Positions 1 to 12,383 of a DNA stretch of 64,000 bases are shown piece by piece. Location of the stretch: contig OZ210884.1 of assembly GCA_964658305.1 (NCBI GenBank), positions 4,278,001 through 4,342,000 on the forward strand, written 5' to 3'. This stretch comes from Leptogorgia sarmentosa (Eukaryota). Made by a program: the position numbers and the translations under genes. Numbering within the stretch: position 1 is the first letter of the stretch; each line of letters starts with the position of its first letter. A model generated the notes under the pieces. That model was not told where the DNA came from. It saw only the letters and a list, made by a program, of their open reading frames with translations, and did not search any database.

Positions 1-75
1 TCATCGTTATTTCTTTAATCAAAAAGATAAATATCTACTATATACATCGTGCTTTATCTAATGCTAATGTTGTAC

Positions 76-199
76 CTTCTAGTTTTACAAACTGCTCCTC
101 TTGGTGGCAAGCATTACCGCATACATCGCTGATGGACAACAGGAGAATGATAGCTGAAATCCCAAAAATGATGTACTTAGATTCCGACATCTTATTCAT
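76..199 (-). CDS. First coding (signal-peptide) exon of a secreted protein; gene continues beyond the left window edge
   Basis: ATG at 199 (or in-frame at 190) gives MNKMSESKYIIFGISAIILLLSISDVCGNACHQEEQFVKLE-G, with a hydrophobic core. The exon ends at a phase-1 donor (G|GTACAA) at 76/75. Confidence 0.6.
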
Positions 200-2992
200 G
201 CTGCTCTAAGATAAGACTCGAATTGAAAAATTTTGTACAGATACACCCGAACGTTTAGAAGAATTTGCCGAGAGTGCCAGGCTTTTTTCCAAGTGTTTAT
301 TGTGGGGCATTTCAATAATAGCATGCAGGTATTTTATTATGTGGTTACTATAGAAATATCAACAAAAGTAGGATCGCGAGTCTCCATTAAGACAAATGGA
401 AAAAGCGCCATTAATTATGCCTCGCCATTATGTACTAATTCAGAAGAGATACAAGCAAAAAAAGCTCGTTGCAATTGCCATGGCAATTCAGTGAAATTCA
501 ACTAGGAAACATACAAAAACTCGCACTTTTCAAATAATTATGTCCTAATTGAGATTCCTATTTTCATCGACATTTCTATAGCAACTATAATAATATACCT
601 GCATGAAGAATACTTGATTAGGGATTAAAACATCCCAAAATAAACATTTTGAATAAAGGCATCTACTACTCGGCAACTTCTTTCCGAAGTGTTTGGTATT
701 TCTACGAAATTCGTTCATTCGACTCATATAAGTGAAAATAATAAAACCACTATAATAATTATTATGCTCATTAGAAATTACTTGATCTGAAAGTATCATA
801 AAGAAAATTATGCAAAAGCCGTCTCGGTTTCCTGCATGTTGTGTTGTTGGAGAAAAAGCCCAAAACGGCATTGTTGTTTATAGCCTGCTGCACACGCGAA
901 CCCTCGCTGGACTGTATCACAGTCACACGAGCCAATTTGCCAATTTGCCAATTCGCCTAGTCGAAAACAGGCTTATAGCCTCCTTCACACGAGAGCTATC
1001 AGCTCAGCTGACAGTCACTGTTGAGAATTTGCGTAAACGTATTCTCCTCTGCGAAACGAAATTTTGGGAAACAGGAACAGTGCGAAAGTTATCAAAATTT
1101 GCCGCATTATATAGTTCAATTGTGTTGCACTCATGGGCGTATCTGCATCGATCACCTAAGTATACATATTACACCCTTCCTGAAAGCGTTCTTCAGTACT
1201 CTGGAAAGCAAGGCTGAATCGCTTATGTGTATATTAAAATTTCCATTTCTATTTTAATTATATGTTCACAAAAATGTTCACAAACATGTACACAACGACG
1301 GAAGTGGATGTGAAATATGCATGTCAACATTTATAATTACGTATTGTGCATGCCATTGTTAAATGCAGCAATTGAATAACTATTGCTGTTATTATAAGGT
1401 TTCGCGAGTTTACTGACTAGTACGCTTCCTGGGAGGGTGCATCGGTATGTAGCCCCAAAACGAAGGACAAACCAGAAACATAAGTTTTCAGATATGTCAC
1501 AGTCAATCATTTTATGATTAATGTGACATAAAATTGAACCTTTTCACGTTTTACATAAGTCCAATGTTTACAAATTAATTTATTACGACCATGCAACTTC
1601 TTCAAATATTGGTACTATCGTCGAAGCGTGTTTCCCAACTCTTCAATTATCCCTCAACCTTTTTTCCCATATCGATAAACTAACACAAATAAACGTTGAA
1701 GCTCTATATTCGTTGTCTCAATGATACAATATTAAGTTTCCACACGTTTTGTGCAAGGTGAATTGGGGCTGTTGTATCATTTCTGGGTACGGAGAAGAGC
1801 GTTTGTTGGAATTGTTGCTTGTTGATGTTGTTCGCAACATGATTAATTGTTCGTTACTATCCTTCATCAATTCATCTTCATTATAATGAAAAAATTTCTT
1901 CCAAGTTAAATACAAGAAAATACTTATATGGCGCTATCTACCCGTTGTCATGGGAAATACCTGTTGTTGTATTTTTATCTAAAAAATACTTTCATTTCTT
2001 TACCTTTTTCAATTGTCGAATTATTCAATCATGTTTTTTTAAAGCTCTTCGTCGGCAATGTCCTTGAACTCAACAGAACCACTTGAGAGCTGTGTTAATT
2101 TGTGATTAATATATTTCGATTCACGCTTTTCAGATACTTCACTTTTGCATGCATACGGGGTGTTTGCTATCCCACTCCGCGGAATGAAATACAATGGAGA
2201 TGGAAACAATTATAATTATAACGTTAACCATTTTCATTCTTTTCTTCGTATTGCTACTCCAGAATGGCGAAATTAATTAATTCCTTGTCCCTTCGCGGCA
2301 TCCGTGAAAGGTCTGACAAAAGTTGAAAATTTTTAACAACTATAGAGATGCGGAACAAATTTCTTCAATGAGGAATGATTTTACAAACATTATTTGGGGG
2401 TCATGAAGGGTTAAAATGGGAACTCGGATTTGCTTATCTTTGGCTGGGAAAAAGGGATTTCATGCACCGGGATTGGGATTCATCAGCATGTGAGCAGAAC
2501 AACTACTCGGACACTGGGATTAATTTGAAATTTGGGCTAGAAAATGGGAGTAGTAATCATTGGCGTCCGAAAATAGATAATGGTGGGCTTATATTCATAT
2601 ATTTGTGTTCTGCATACTTATTTCTTTTGAAATCCATTGTTGTGAAGGTCTGTGGGCGCGAATACTTATGATTATAGAGCTTCCCCGCCACTGATAGGAA
2701 CACCACTTCACGACCCTCTGATTTCCTTATCATATTTTTTTCGTCAGCAGTGGCGGAACAATCGAGTAGAAAATGGGCTTATTACATGCAGGAGAAAGTC
2801 GCGAACTCATGTCTCTGGTTATACAGAATCTCCTGAAGTTTCCGCATCAAGGAACTGCATGTTCGCCAGAGCAATTTCTCACAAACAAATAGCAACTCAC
2901 TTTTGGAATCATTTTATTTATTGAAAATAATATGCCAAAATAACACCAAATTAGCGACTGTGAAATCTAATGAAAGTGATGCGTTTCTTTCG

Positions 2993-5530
2993 TCAAGCTG
3001 CAAAAAATAAAAAATACTTGGAATTAGAACATGCCCACAAGTATTACGTTATCATATTAACGTTTTATATACTCGATTGTAATAATAGAAACTCGGAAAA
3101 CAACAATAGAAGACGGCATTAATGTGGATCCTTTGTTACAAGAAATAGAACATTAATTATTATTATAATGTACAGAAATAATTGCACGTCATGGCACGTA
3201 TTGAATGAGGTCGAGTATAGGATCTGAGGAATTATTAAGACGAAGGTTTGTGTTATTATTGTTGTTTTATTATCAAATAATAAATTTTATTTGCACATGT
3301 ATCTTTATCGGACTTAGGAATTAACAGCATTTTACATCAGAGAGAAAGCCTTTGTATTTTTCAGCCTCTTGTATAAGCAGCATAATTTTAACCGACGTAT
3401 ATAATTTTCAATATACGACATAATTACGTCATTATGTCGTATTATGACGATTTCATCCTCTGCTCTTAACCAATGAAAACTCTTGAAATATTTGAAATAT
3501 GTAATAAAATTATTCATACTTACGTCTATAACACAAAAATCTGATATGGTAGTCCTGACAATAACGATCACTCTGAAGCTTATTCTGACAAACAAATCCT
3601 GCAGCTGAGCATCGATGGCAGGGTGAAATTTTCTCATTTGCTCTATACCATGGAACCCATTTCCCCCTCCACCTGAATGCACATTGTGCGTCAACTGGCC
3701 TTCCGTGAGGTCCACAGGGTACCTAAAAGAAGAATTAAGGTGATCGATGTGCCTGAGGAGGAAAGGGGGGGGGGGGGGGAGGCAGAAGGTGTTCTTCCGC
3801 CTGATTCCTAACAAAAATTTAGTCCACAAGAAACTTCAACAAACTTATTATGCAGTAAAAAATGCAGTGCAAGTGTACATGATGAACAATGTGCAAGATT
3901 TTACAAATTCTGAATGAGGAACAAATTGCCAAAATTTATAAATTCTGAGTGAGCAACAAATTGCAAGATTATACTAGTTCTAAATTTGGAAAAAAGTTCA
4001 AGATTTTGCCAATTCTAAATGAAGAACAAAGTGAAAGATTATACCAATTCTGAATGAGGAACAAATAGCCAAATTTTATAACTTCTGAATGAGCAACAAA
4101 ATGCAAGATTTTATCAAGTTTACATGATGAACCAAGTGCAAGATTTTACCAAATGTTCCAAACTGCTCTTAGTAAGCAGTATAATTTATAGAATAACAGA
4201 TGTCGAGAGTTGGTCAAACAAGCATCGTGGTCTGCTTGGAGGTTCTACTTGGCCGTCTGGGGATCTACTGCTGTTCTACAGTAGAAATTGTTCTTCACTT
4301 TGGAAAGAAGAAGGGGCAGCAGCCGATGTATCATCTCTGAAATTGAGGTCTCATTTCATTACATACATAGTTTATTTTGAAGCATCAAATAATGCTGGGC
4401 AGACCAAGATTTTAAGAACAAAATTCAGGATTTTACCAATTCTAAATGAGGAACAAACGCAACAAAGGGCAAGATTTTAACAATTCTGAATGACGAACAA
4501 AGTGGAAGCTTTTATCAATTCTAAATTACGAAAATAGTTAAATTAGTAATAATTGTCCACTGACAAATGCAAGCTGTGACTGCATGAGAAGCAGCAGAGT
4601 GAGACGTGCTATCTGAACTTGGATTGCCAATGGTTAATAATTTCCATCTAGCTTTGAAGGACAGACTAGTTTCGCTCCACGGATCGCAAGAAGTCTTTTT
4701 ATTATAGCAATTGTTGTTTTTATGCAATCTCGAAAAAATGAAATTTGGGGGATTCCAACAATGATAACCACACTAATAATATTCTGCTTACTGGACGAAA
4801 ATGTCTGTACAATTCCCAGTCCCCCGTTCCTGAAGCATTATCCCGATCAAGCCATTTGGACCACCATAGAGCAGCCTGACCTACGAAAAAATAGGAAAAT
4901 CAGCATTTTATTATAAAAGGAACGGCTTTATTTCAAACATGAAATTTATATGAAGATTAAAATGTAATTTTTAATCATTTCAAAGTTTAGTGAGCCAACG
5001 AGGGTTTGTTGTTTGCATGCAAGTGGTGAATTTTCTACATGCATGGATTGTGCAAGGAAATCATTTTACCATGACAATATACTTATAGACAAACTAGGGT
5101 GTAAATTGGATAACTAAACATGGTAGCGGTAATTGACAAACTTTATAAAATAGCCTTTTAAAAACTCGGCCGTTGATTGGTCGAAAGCTCAATAGCTCGT
5201 GTTTCTATAACAATATATATATAGCTAGAAACACCAAGATTTTCATGCGAGTTGCGTGGATAGGATCATAACACGGGAATTTAAAAAATAATATGTGATT
5301 GGACGTAATTAAAATCGATAAATTTGTGTTTTTTGTTGATTTTAAAGGCTAGTATTTAATACAGGAAATAGAACACATTTTTTCCTTGAAAACTCTATAG
5401 AAACACGGAAAATGTTTTCTATTTCTTAAAAGGAATAATTTTAAATGCATGTAAGAATTCAAAAAGGTTATAAGGACTTACTTGTGAAGACAAAAGTGGA
5501 AATCACAAGAACTACGAGCAAAAACTTCAT
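2993..5530 (-). CDS. Secreted single WxxW (mucin CysD / CILP-type) domain protein, 113 aa, 4 coding exons
   Basis: Exons 5530-5482, 4880-4792, 3722-3524 and 2997-2993 are all GT-AG and phase-compatible (1,0,1). Protein: MKFLLVVLVISTFVFTSQAALWWSKWLDRDNASGTGDWELYRHFRPVPCGPHGRPVDAQCAFRWRGKWVPWYRANEKISPCHRCSAAGFVCQNKLQSDRYCQDYHIRFLCYRP*. It has the WxxWxDRDxxxGxGDxE and GFxCxNxxQxDxxCxDYxxRFLC motifs of the WxxW domain. AATAAA lies on the minus strand near 2913. The last 5-nt exon is the least certain. Confidence 0.85.
3880..4530. repeat. Degenerate 36-bp minisatellite in two blocks (~3880-4155 and ~4425-4530) in an intron of the WxxW gene
   Basis: Recurrent unit resembling CAAGATTTTACCAATTCTGAATGAGGAACAAATTGC at ~36-bp spacing. 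Confidence 0.8.
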
Positions 5531-7205
5531 CTTCGACGCAATTGCAACCAGCGACACGAGAAACTATCAAAATAAACAGAATTTCTGAGGATTCAATGAA
5601 TAAATTCAAAGCAGGTCGCAAAACTGCAGGATTTCTACGTACTAGGACTCTTGTTGCATGAATTTTGGTCATACTATATACGTATACTGTTCGGCGTTCA
5701 TTAGTGCATTAATATAAATTTGTAATAGCTATAAAAGTTTTGCTACATTAAACTGCCGTCTTTGCCCTGGAAATACTCGTATAGCTACATGAATATAACT
5801 TGCAAAAAATTTAAACCTTACATTCAAACATGAATTAAAGCGCGCAACAATGACGATCATGTAGCTATTATTGGGGTTCAAATTCTATACACGTGTGTAG
5901 CAAATTAAAATAATCAGCAGTATAATACAAAACCAGATTTGTCACGCTCTTACCTCGGGAGTTTTTCTGGCGCGGTACCCAGTTATATAGGCTTCTCAGT
6001 GATATAAAACAGTAAGCCATGTAGCTATAGCGGAATTTTTGAGCTTGGAATTTTAACGTTAACTGCCTTTAATTAAGTTTAACAAATTGACATGCATGGG
6101 CATGTTTTTATTACAGCTCGCATGGGCATGGCCTGGTTATCATTATTGCGCTTTGACGCTTTGAGTTACAGCTGATAATTTACAAGGCTGTAAGTGCATT
6201 ACTATACGTAAATCGCCAGAATTTCCATCGATGCAGTCGATGCAGGCCATTATCCATTAATGTGTATTGTTATGTGTAGCTATATGTCGAGGTTGGATAT
6301 TTGTGGAACATTTCTCAATAAACGTTCAGGCTATAATGTATGAATTGTAGCCGTGTGTAATGTATATATTGTAATAATAATGAAGCTAAAGTCACAAATA
6401 GTCCATGTTATCCCTTTTTGTTAATTTGTTTCTGTCGTCCGTTGGTAAAATTAATATATGTCCATTTCCACATCTTAAATGTATTGGTGAGCCTGATGGT
6501 TATTCGCATAAATTACTTTCTAATCTCTTGCCTTATATCGTACACATGCATGGCATCTATTTTAGTCAGTTATCTCGAATAAATTTTCGTTGCCATGGAG
6601 AGTTCGAGATGGCGGGATTCTACTGTGCTTGCATACAGAACCTCATATAGGTTTAACATGCCAACAACGGACAACCAGCAAAATTGAAACATTGTTCGTT
6701 GAAATACCTGAGTGTGTTAATTAAAAAGACCAGTGCCGACATCAATAGAGCAGATCTAATTAACTCTTACTAAAGCATAATGTAGCGATGCAGCATAATA
6801 GTAAACATGCAGAAAGGCAATGAGCCATACAACGCAAATATCTATAAATTATCAAAAAGGCGGGTATCTTTTATTTGAATTTCATGAGCGACAGTAAAAT
6901 GTAGCTATATTGTGTATTGTTGTATTACGATATAGCTACTCTATAATATGTATACGTTTCGTTAACTTTTTTGTTTGAGAAGCAGATTTCTATTCTAACA
7001 TACTTACCGATTGTTTACCAAATGCACTCAATTTCCAAGCTTTTGATTTGACCCCGTCAGCACTGTCTTCTGGAATGATTTTTTTCCTACAGCTTGCTGC
7101 TTTTATGCAGGTAGGGGATCTGAGCAAGCTACATGTGTTTATTTTAACGGAAATGGTACAGAGTATACTCAATATAGCTACCATGCTTTGAGTGCGTCGT
7201 TACAG

Positions 7206-10200
7206 ATTTTAAAGACTTTATTTATTTCAGCCTTTACACTCAGCTTTAGGTATTAATAAAACAACAAACAAAGGCTTTTGATAACAAAGCACTTATTGAC
7301 AATAAGATTATATGCTACATCACTGTCCGTTGCAAAGCAGCTATAACTAGAAGAAGAAGCTTTCTTCAGAAAGCGATATTGCCCTGCTGATGTTAAAAGC
7401 ATGCAGGAAACATACTCTGCACACTTCAATTCCACTCTTCAATTTCGCCAAGTTATCATATTTTGCAGTTTTGTAAAAGCAAAATAATAGACTTCTTTAT
7501 ATTGTAGGTCAGTTAGTAGAAGCAAGTGTTTGAATAAATTTATGCCATGGAGCTAGAAAATGATAATAAAGTGATATTTTGTGTTGGAAGGGAAAACGTC
7601 ATCTTCAAAAAGAAGTTGAAAATTTTCGCTCATCTACCGCTCATGTTTTTTATATGTTAGCTATATTAATAATTGCAAAGTTGCATTCACGACATCAGTA
7701 CTAAGTGTGCCAAAGACTGAAACTTAGCCCAAGGCATTCCGGCAATATAATTGGACGAAATAGCATATTATTATTTTAAAGAGAACAAAGCCCGAATGAA
7801 CTGATAGCGAACATTTCAATTCATGACCAGTTTGCATGGTTTAAATTAAGTTACACATACTCATCATTTGAACATAATTAAATTTTATTACAATTACAGT
7901 TAGGTCATCTAGTAAAAGCAACTTTCTGAATCCGTTCATGCCATGCAAAAGGCGATAATGAGGTAGTTTTGTTGGGAAAGAGAAATGTCATCTTCATAAA
8001 TGAGATGAAATCACTTTGCCTATCTACACTTTTCATGTTTTGAGTGATGTGACTCTGAGTACAACGGGCAAACGACTGAAAAATTTGCCTAACTTTGGTG
8101 CGATTCGAACCCGCGACATTTGGTTTGCTCGTCTAACGATCGGCCCGAGTGATATTTCGGAACTCAGTAGTTCCTTCAATATCTGTTTGTTTATCCCATC
8201 GAGGCCAGGCAATTTTTTGAGCCTCCCGGTGTGGAACTCAGAGTAACATGACTAAAAACATCCAACACCTGAGTACACCACAACAGGATGAAAGGTAGCC
8301 ATTTTAAGGACTTTGTTTATTTCAGCCTTTACTCAGCTTTAGGCATTAATAAAGCAACAAACAAAGGCTTTTGATAACAAAGCACTCATTGACAATAAGA
8401 TTATAATTATGCTACATCACTGTCCGTTGCAAAGCAGCTATAACTAGAAGAAGAAGCTTTCTCCAGAAAGCGATATTGCCCTGCTGATGTTAAAAGCATG
8501 CAGGAAACATACTCTGCACACTTCAATTCCACTCTTCAATTTCGTCAAGTTATCATATTTTGCAGTTTTGTAAAAGCAAAATAATAGACTTCTTTATATC
8601 GTAGGTCAGTTAGTAGAAGCAAGTGTTTGAATAAATTTATGCCATGGAGCTAGAAAATGATAATAAAGTGATATTTTGTGTTGGAAGGGAAAACGTCATC
8701 TTCAAAAAGAAGTTGAAAATTTTCGCTCATCTACCGCTCATGTTTTTTATATGTTAGCTATATTAATAATTGCAAAGTTGCATTCACGACATCAGTGTGT
8801 CAAAGACTGAAACTTAACCCAAAGCATTCCGGCGATATAATTGTACGAAATAACATATATTATTTTAAAGAGAACAAAGCCCGAATGAACTGATAGCGAA
8901 CAGTTCAATTCATGGCCAGTTTGCATGGTTTAAATTAAGTTACACATACTCATCATTTGAACATAATCAAATTTTATTACAATTACAATTACAGTTATGC
9001 CATTTAGTAAAAGCAACTTTCTGAATCCGCTCATGCCATGCAAAAGGCGATAATAAAGTAGTTTTGTGGGGAAAGAGAAATGTAGTCTTCATAAATGAGA
9101 TGAAATCACTTTGCCTATCTACACTTTTCATGTTTTGAGTGATGTGACTCTGAGTTCAACGGGCAAACGACTGAAAAATTTGCCTAACTTTGGTGCGATT
9201 CGAACGCGCGACATTTGGTTTGCTCGTCTAACGATCGGCCCGAGTGATATTTCGGAACTCAGTAGTTCCTTCAATATCTGTTTGTTTATCCCATCGAGGC
9301 CAGGCAATTTTTTGAGCCTCCCGGTGTGGAACTCAGAGTAACATGACTAAAAACATCCAACACCTGAGTACACCACAACAGGATGAAAGGTAGCCATTTT
9401 AAGGACTTTGTTTATTTCAGCCTTTACTCAGCTTTAGGCATTAATAAAGCAACAAACAAAGGCTTTTGATAACAAAGCACTCATTGACAATAAGATTATA
9501 ATTATGCTACATCACTGTCCGTTGCAAAGCAGCTATAACTAGAAGAAGAAGCTTTCTCCAGAAAGCGATATTGCCCTGCTGATGTTAAAAGCATGCAGGA
9601 AACATACTCTGCACACTTCAATTCCACTCTTCAATTTCGCCAAGTTATCATATTTTGCAGTTTTGTAAAAGCAAAATAATAGACTTCTTTATATCGTAGG
9701 TCAGTTAGTAGAAGCAAGTGTTTGAATAAATTTATGCCATGGAGCTAGAAAATGATAATAAAGTGATATTTTGTGTTGGAAGGGAAAACGTCATCTTCAA
9801 AAAGAAGTTGAAAATTTTCGCTCATCTACCGCTCATGTTTTTTATATGTTAGCTATATTAATAATTGCGAAGTTGCCTGCAGACTGAAACTTAGCCCAAA
9901 GCATTCTGGCGATATAATTGTACGAAATAACATATATTATTTTAAAGAGAACAAAGCCCGAATGAACTGATAGCGAACATTTCAATTCATGACCATTATC
10001 CATGGTTTAAATTAAATTACACAGTCATATTATTAATCATTTGAACATAATTAAATTTACAATTACAGTTATGTCATTTAGTAAAAGCGTTCTGAATCCG
10101 TTTATGCCATGCAAAAGGCGATAATAAAGTAGTTTTGTGGGGAAAGAGAAATGTAGTCTTCATAAATGAGATGAAATCACTTTACCTATCTACACTGTTC

Positions 10201-10503
10201 ATTTTGAGTGATGTTACTCTGAGTATTAGCTACAACGGGGAGGCGACTGAAAAATTTGCCTAACTTTGGTGCGATTCGAACCCGCGACATTTGGTTTGCT
10301 CGTCTAACTGTCCCATGTCCCTACCTGAGGTCAATTAAATCGGCCCGAGTGATATTTCGGAACTCAGTAGTTCCTTCAATATCTATTTGTTTATCCCACC
10401 GAGACCAGGCAATTTCTGGAGCTTCCCGGTGTGGAACTCAGAGTAACATGACTAAAAACATCCAACACCTGCATGAGTACACCACAACAGCATGAAAGGT
10501 AGC
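7206..10503. repeat. Three tandem copies of a ~1.1-kb unit
   Basis: Units start at 7206, 8301 and 9396 (ATTTTAA(A/G)GACTTT..., offset 1095 bp). Near-identical ORFs occur at 8016 and 9111. The third unit ends at GAAAGGTAGC ~10503. Confidence 0.95.
10203..10459. mobile_element. Degenerate tRNA-derived element with inverted-repeat ends (copies also at ~8041-8258 and ~9136-9353)
   Basis: Ends TGTTACTCTGAGT...ACTCAGAGTAACA are inverted, with an inner inverted pair AAATTTGCCT...AGGCAATTT. The minus strand carries a B-box-like GGTTCGAATC. Confidence 0.6.
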
Positions 10504-12383
10504 TATCCTGTTCTTGTTTACAAATTATTATAATCTTCTATTGAGCAAGACAAAACTTGCGTTCCAAGTTAATGTCAATCAAGAAATTTTCATTCTGTGA
10601 AATCAAACAGAATTGATTGGCACTCCATGGTAAATAAGAAATAATTTGTTGATTCCCCCACAGAATTGTGCCGAGTTCCTCTGGATGTGAAAAGTGAACT
10701 TGAAGTACAGTCAAAATAATGTTTATTGTGTATATGTCAGTTATTCAGTTAATAGCTATAGCTAAGTAGATCACAGCAGTTTGCCAAGTTAGCTACATCA
10801 TACATCACTGTGTCAACTGCTAAACGTCAACTGTCTATAAATTAAATTGGACGCAATAATATATTCTAAGAGAAAAAGCTCGAATGAATTGATAGCAAAC
10901 GTTTCATTCAATTTGGTTTAAATTAAGTTAAACATACAGTAGTTTAAACATACACAATTGACAATTTGTACAAGACATTGTAAGCAAATAAACCTTCTTA
11001 TATTGTAGGGCAGTTAACAACTTTTTGATTAAATTCATACCATGCAGAAGACGATAATTGTTGAAGTGGTTTTCTGTGAGATTTTAGCCGTGCCATGTTT
11101 AGCTACATAAAAAGGTTGTTCCAAATCAGACCAAGCAAATCAGTATTTTAAAGATACTCAATGCAGCAGTACTTGTGGCTCAGCCTCATAAAGAAAGCAA
11201 CAAACAAAGAGCGCGTTTAGATTGATAACAACTAACAAGTCACTCAATATAATAATTTATTATGGAATGCCATAGCTACGTCAGTTTCCGTTGCAATGAT
11301 CTTATTTCCCCACTGACAGATATCCTATGTTCTATAACAAATAAGACTAATAAGTAGCTAACTATATAGCCAGAACAAGAAGGAATTAATTTTAAAAACA
11401 TCCTTTGCGCACTTCAACTTTTCAATTTTGCCAAGTTATCATAGTTTGATTCCTTAGTCCACGATAAAAAAACAAAGCTCTTACAAAAGCTTGAAGTCGC
11501 ATCATCATAAGAAAATGTTGCAGTATTTTTTTTCACACTTCAGTGTAAATATTGAAAATGATTGGTTGAACAATTTCACGTTAACGTTGTTGTTGGCGGC
11601 GGAAGAGTGCAATACCAACCGAATATTTAAGTCTTTCGATCCACATGGTATTCCTCTTAACTGGTTGGCTACCTATTTGATTAATTTGATTAAATATAAT
11701 AATTGTGCTGGTTGACTGAAATCGCTACACTAGGTGATATGATTAGTTGCAGGAATATTACAACTTGGGTCTGTGTTAACCTGGTATACAGCTTTAAAAT
11801 AGCTTCATTTGGGCAATTCCAATCTTGCGGTAGAAATGAAAAATAAAGAAATACAATCAATTGTTTAGTTTAATTACTCGTGCATGTGACTGCAATTAGA
11901 ATTAATTAATTTTACTCAAAATCACCCAATTACATATATCAGAACATCAAAAGCGACTTCGATCGCTCTTCCTTAGGAAAATAATATTATAAAACTTGTC
12001 GGCACATATATTGAAATAACTTGTATAATAAAACCTCAGAAACGTGAACAATTTTTCATAACAACATATGCTTAATATTTTTTTACCTAATCCCACGGTA
12101 ATGAAATAATTAAAGCAAGTTTTGCATTCTGCACCAGTGTTATTTCGCTTAATATTTTAGCCTAATCCACCTAGTCTAATCCATGAAATTATGTTGACTA
12201 TACAAGTTATAAACTACGAGCAAATAAACTACAAAGATACGTATAAAAACAATCTTATTTTAATAACTAGAAATGCAGCAACCAATTTATATTTTGACAG
12301 ACGAAAGCATATTTTCGCTCCGCGCCTCTATTTCGATAAATAGTCTATATTTCTTCAAGAAAAAAATTTGAATGCATGCTTAA

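Noticed and set aside
233..1257. Short ORFs at 233, 545, 810 and 1021
   Set aside because: No domain motifs, mostly non-ATG starts and no splice-consistent model.
1500..2370. Possible decayed minus-strand coding sequence (viral or transposon)
   Set aside because: Multiple stops and no motif I can recognise. A BLASTX search would be needed.
3332..3829. 165-aa minus-strand ORF
   Set aside because: Wrong frame; the real exon (3722-3524) is read in another frame as the WxxW domain.
8016..10495. Repeated 76-79 aa ORFs, and a possible tRNA gene at GGTTCGAATC
   Set aside because: The ORFs have TTG starts and lie inside the repeat element. No complete cloverleaf or A-box can be drawn, so this is not a tRNA gene.
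6975..11870. Exon-like plus-strand patches (~6975-7110, 10520-10710, 11560-11850)
   Set aside because: I could not join them into an open, recognisable protein.
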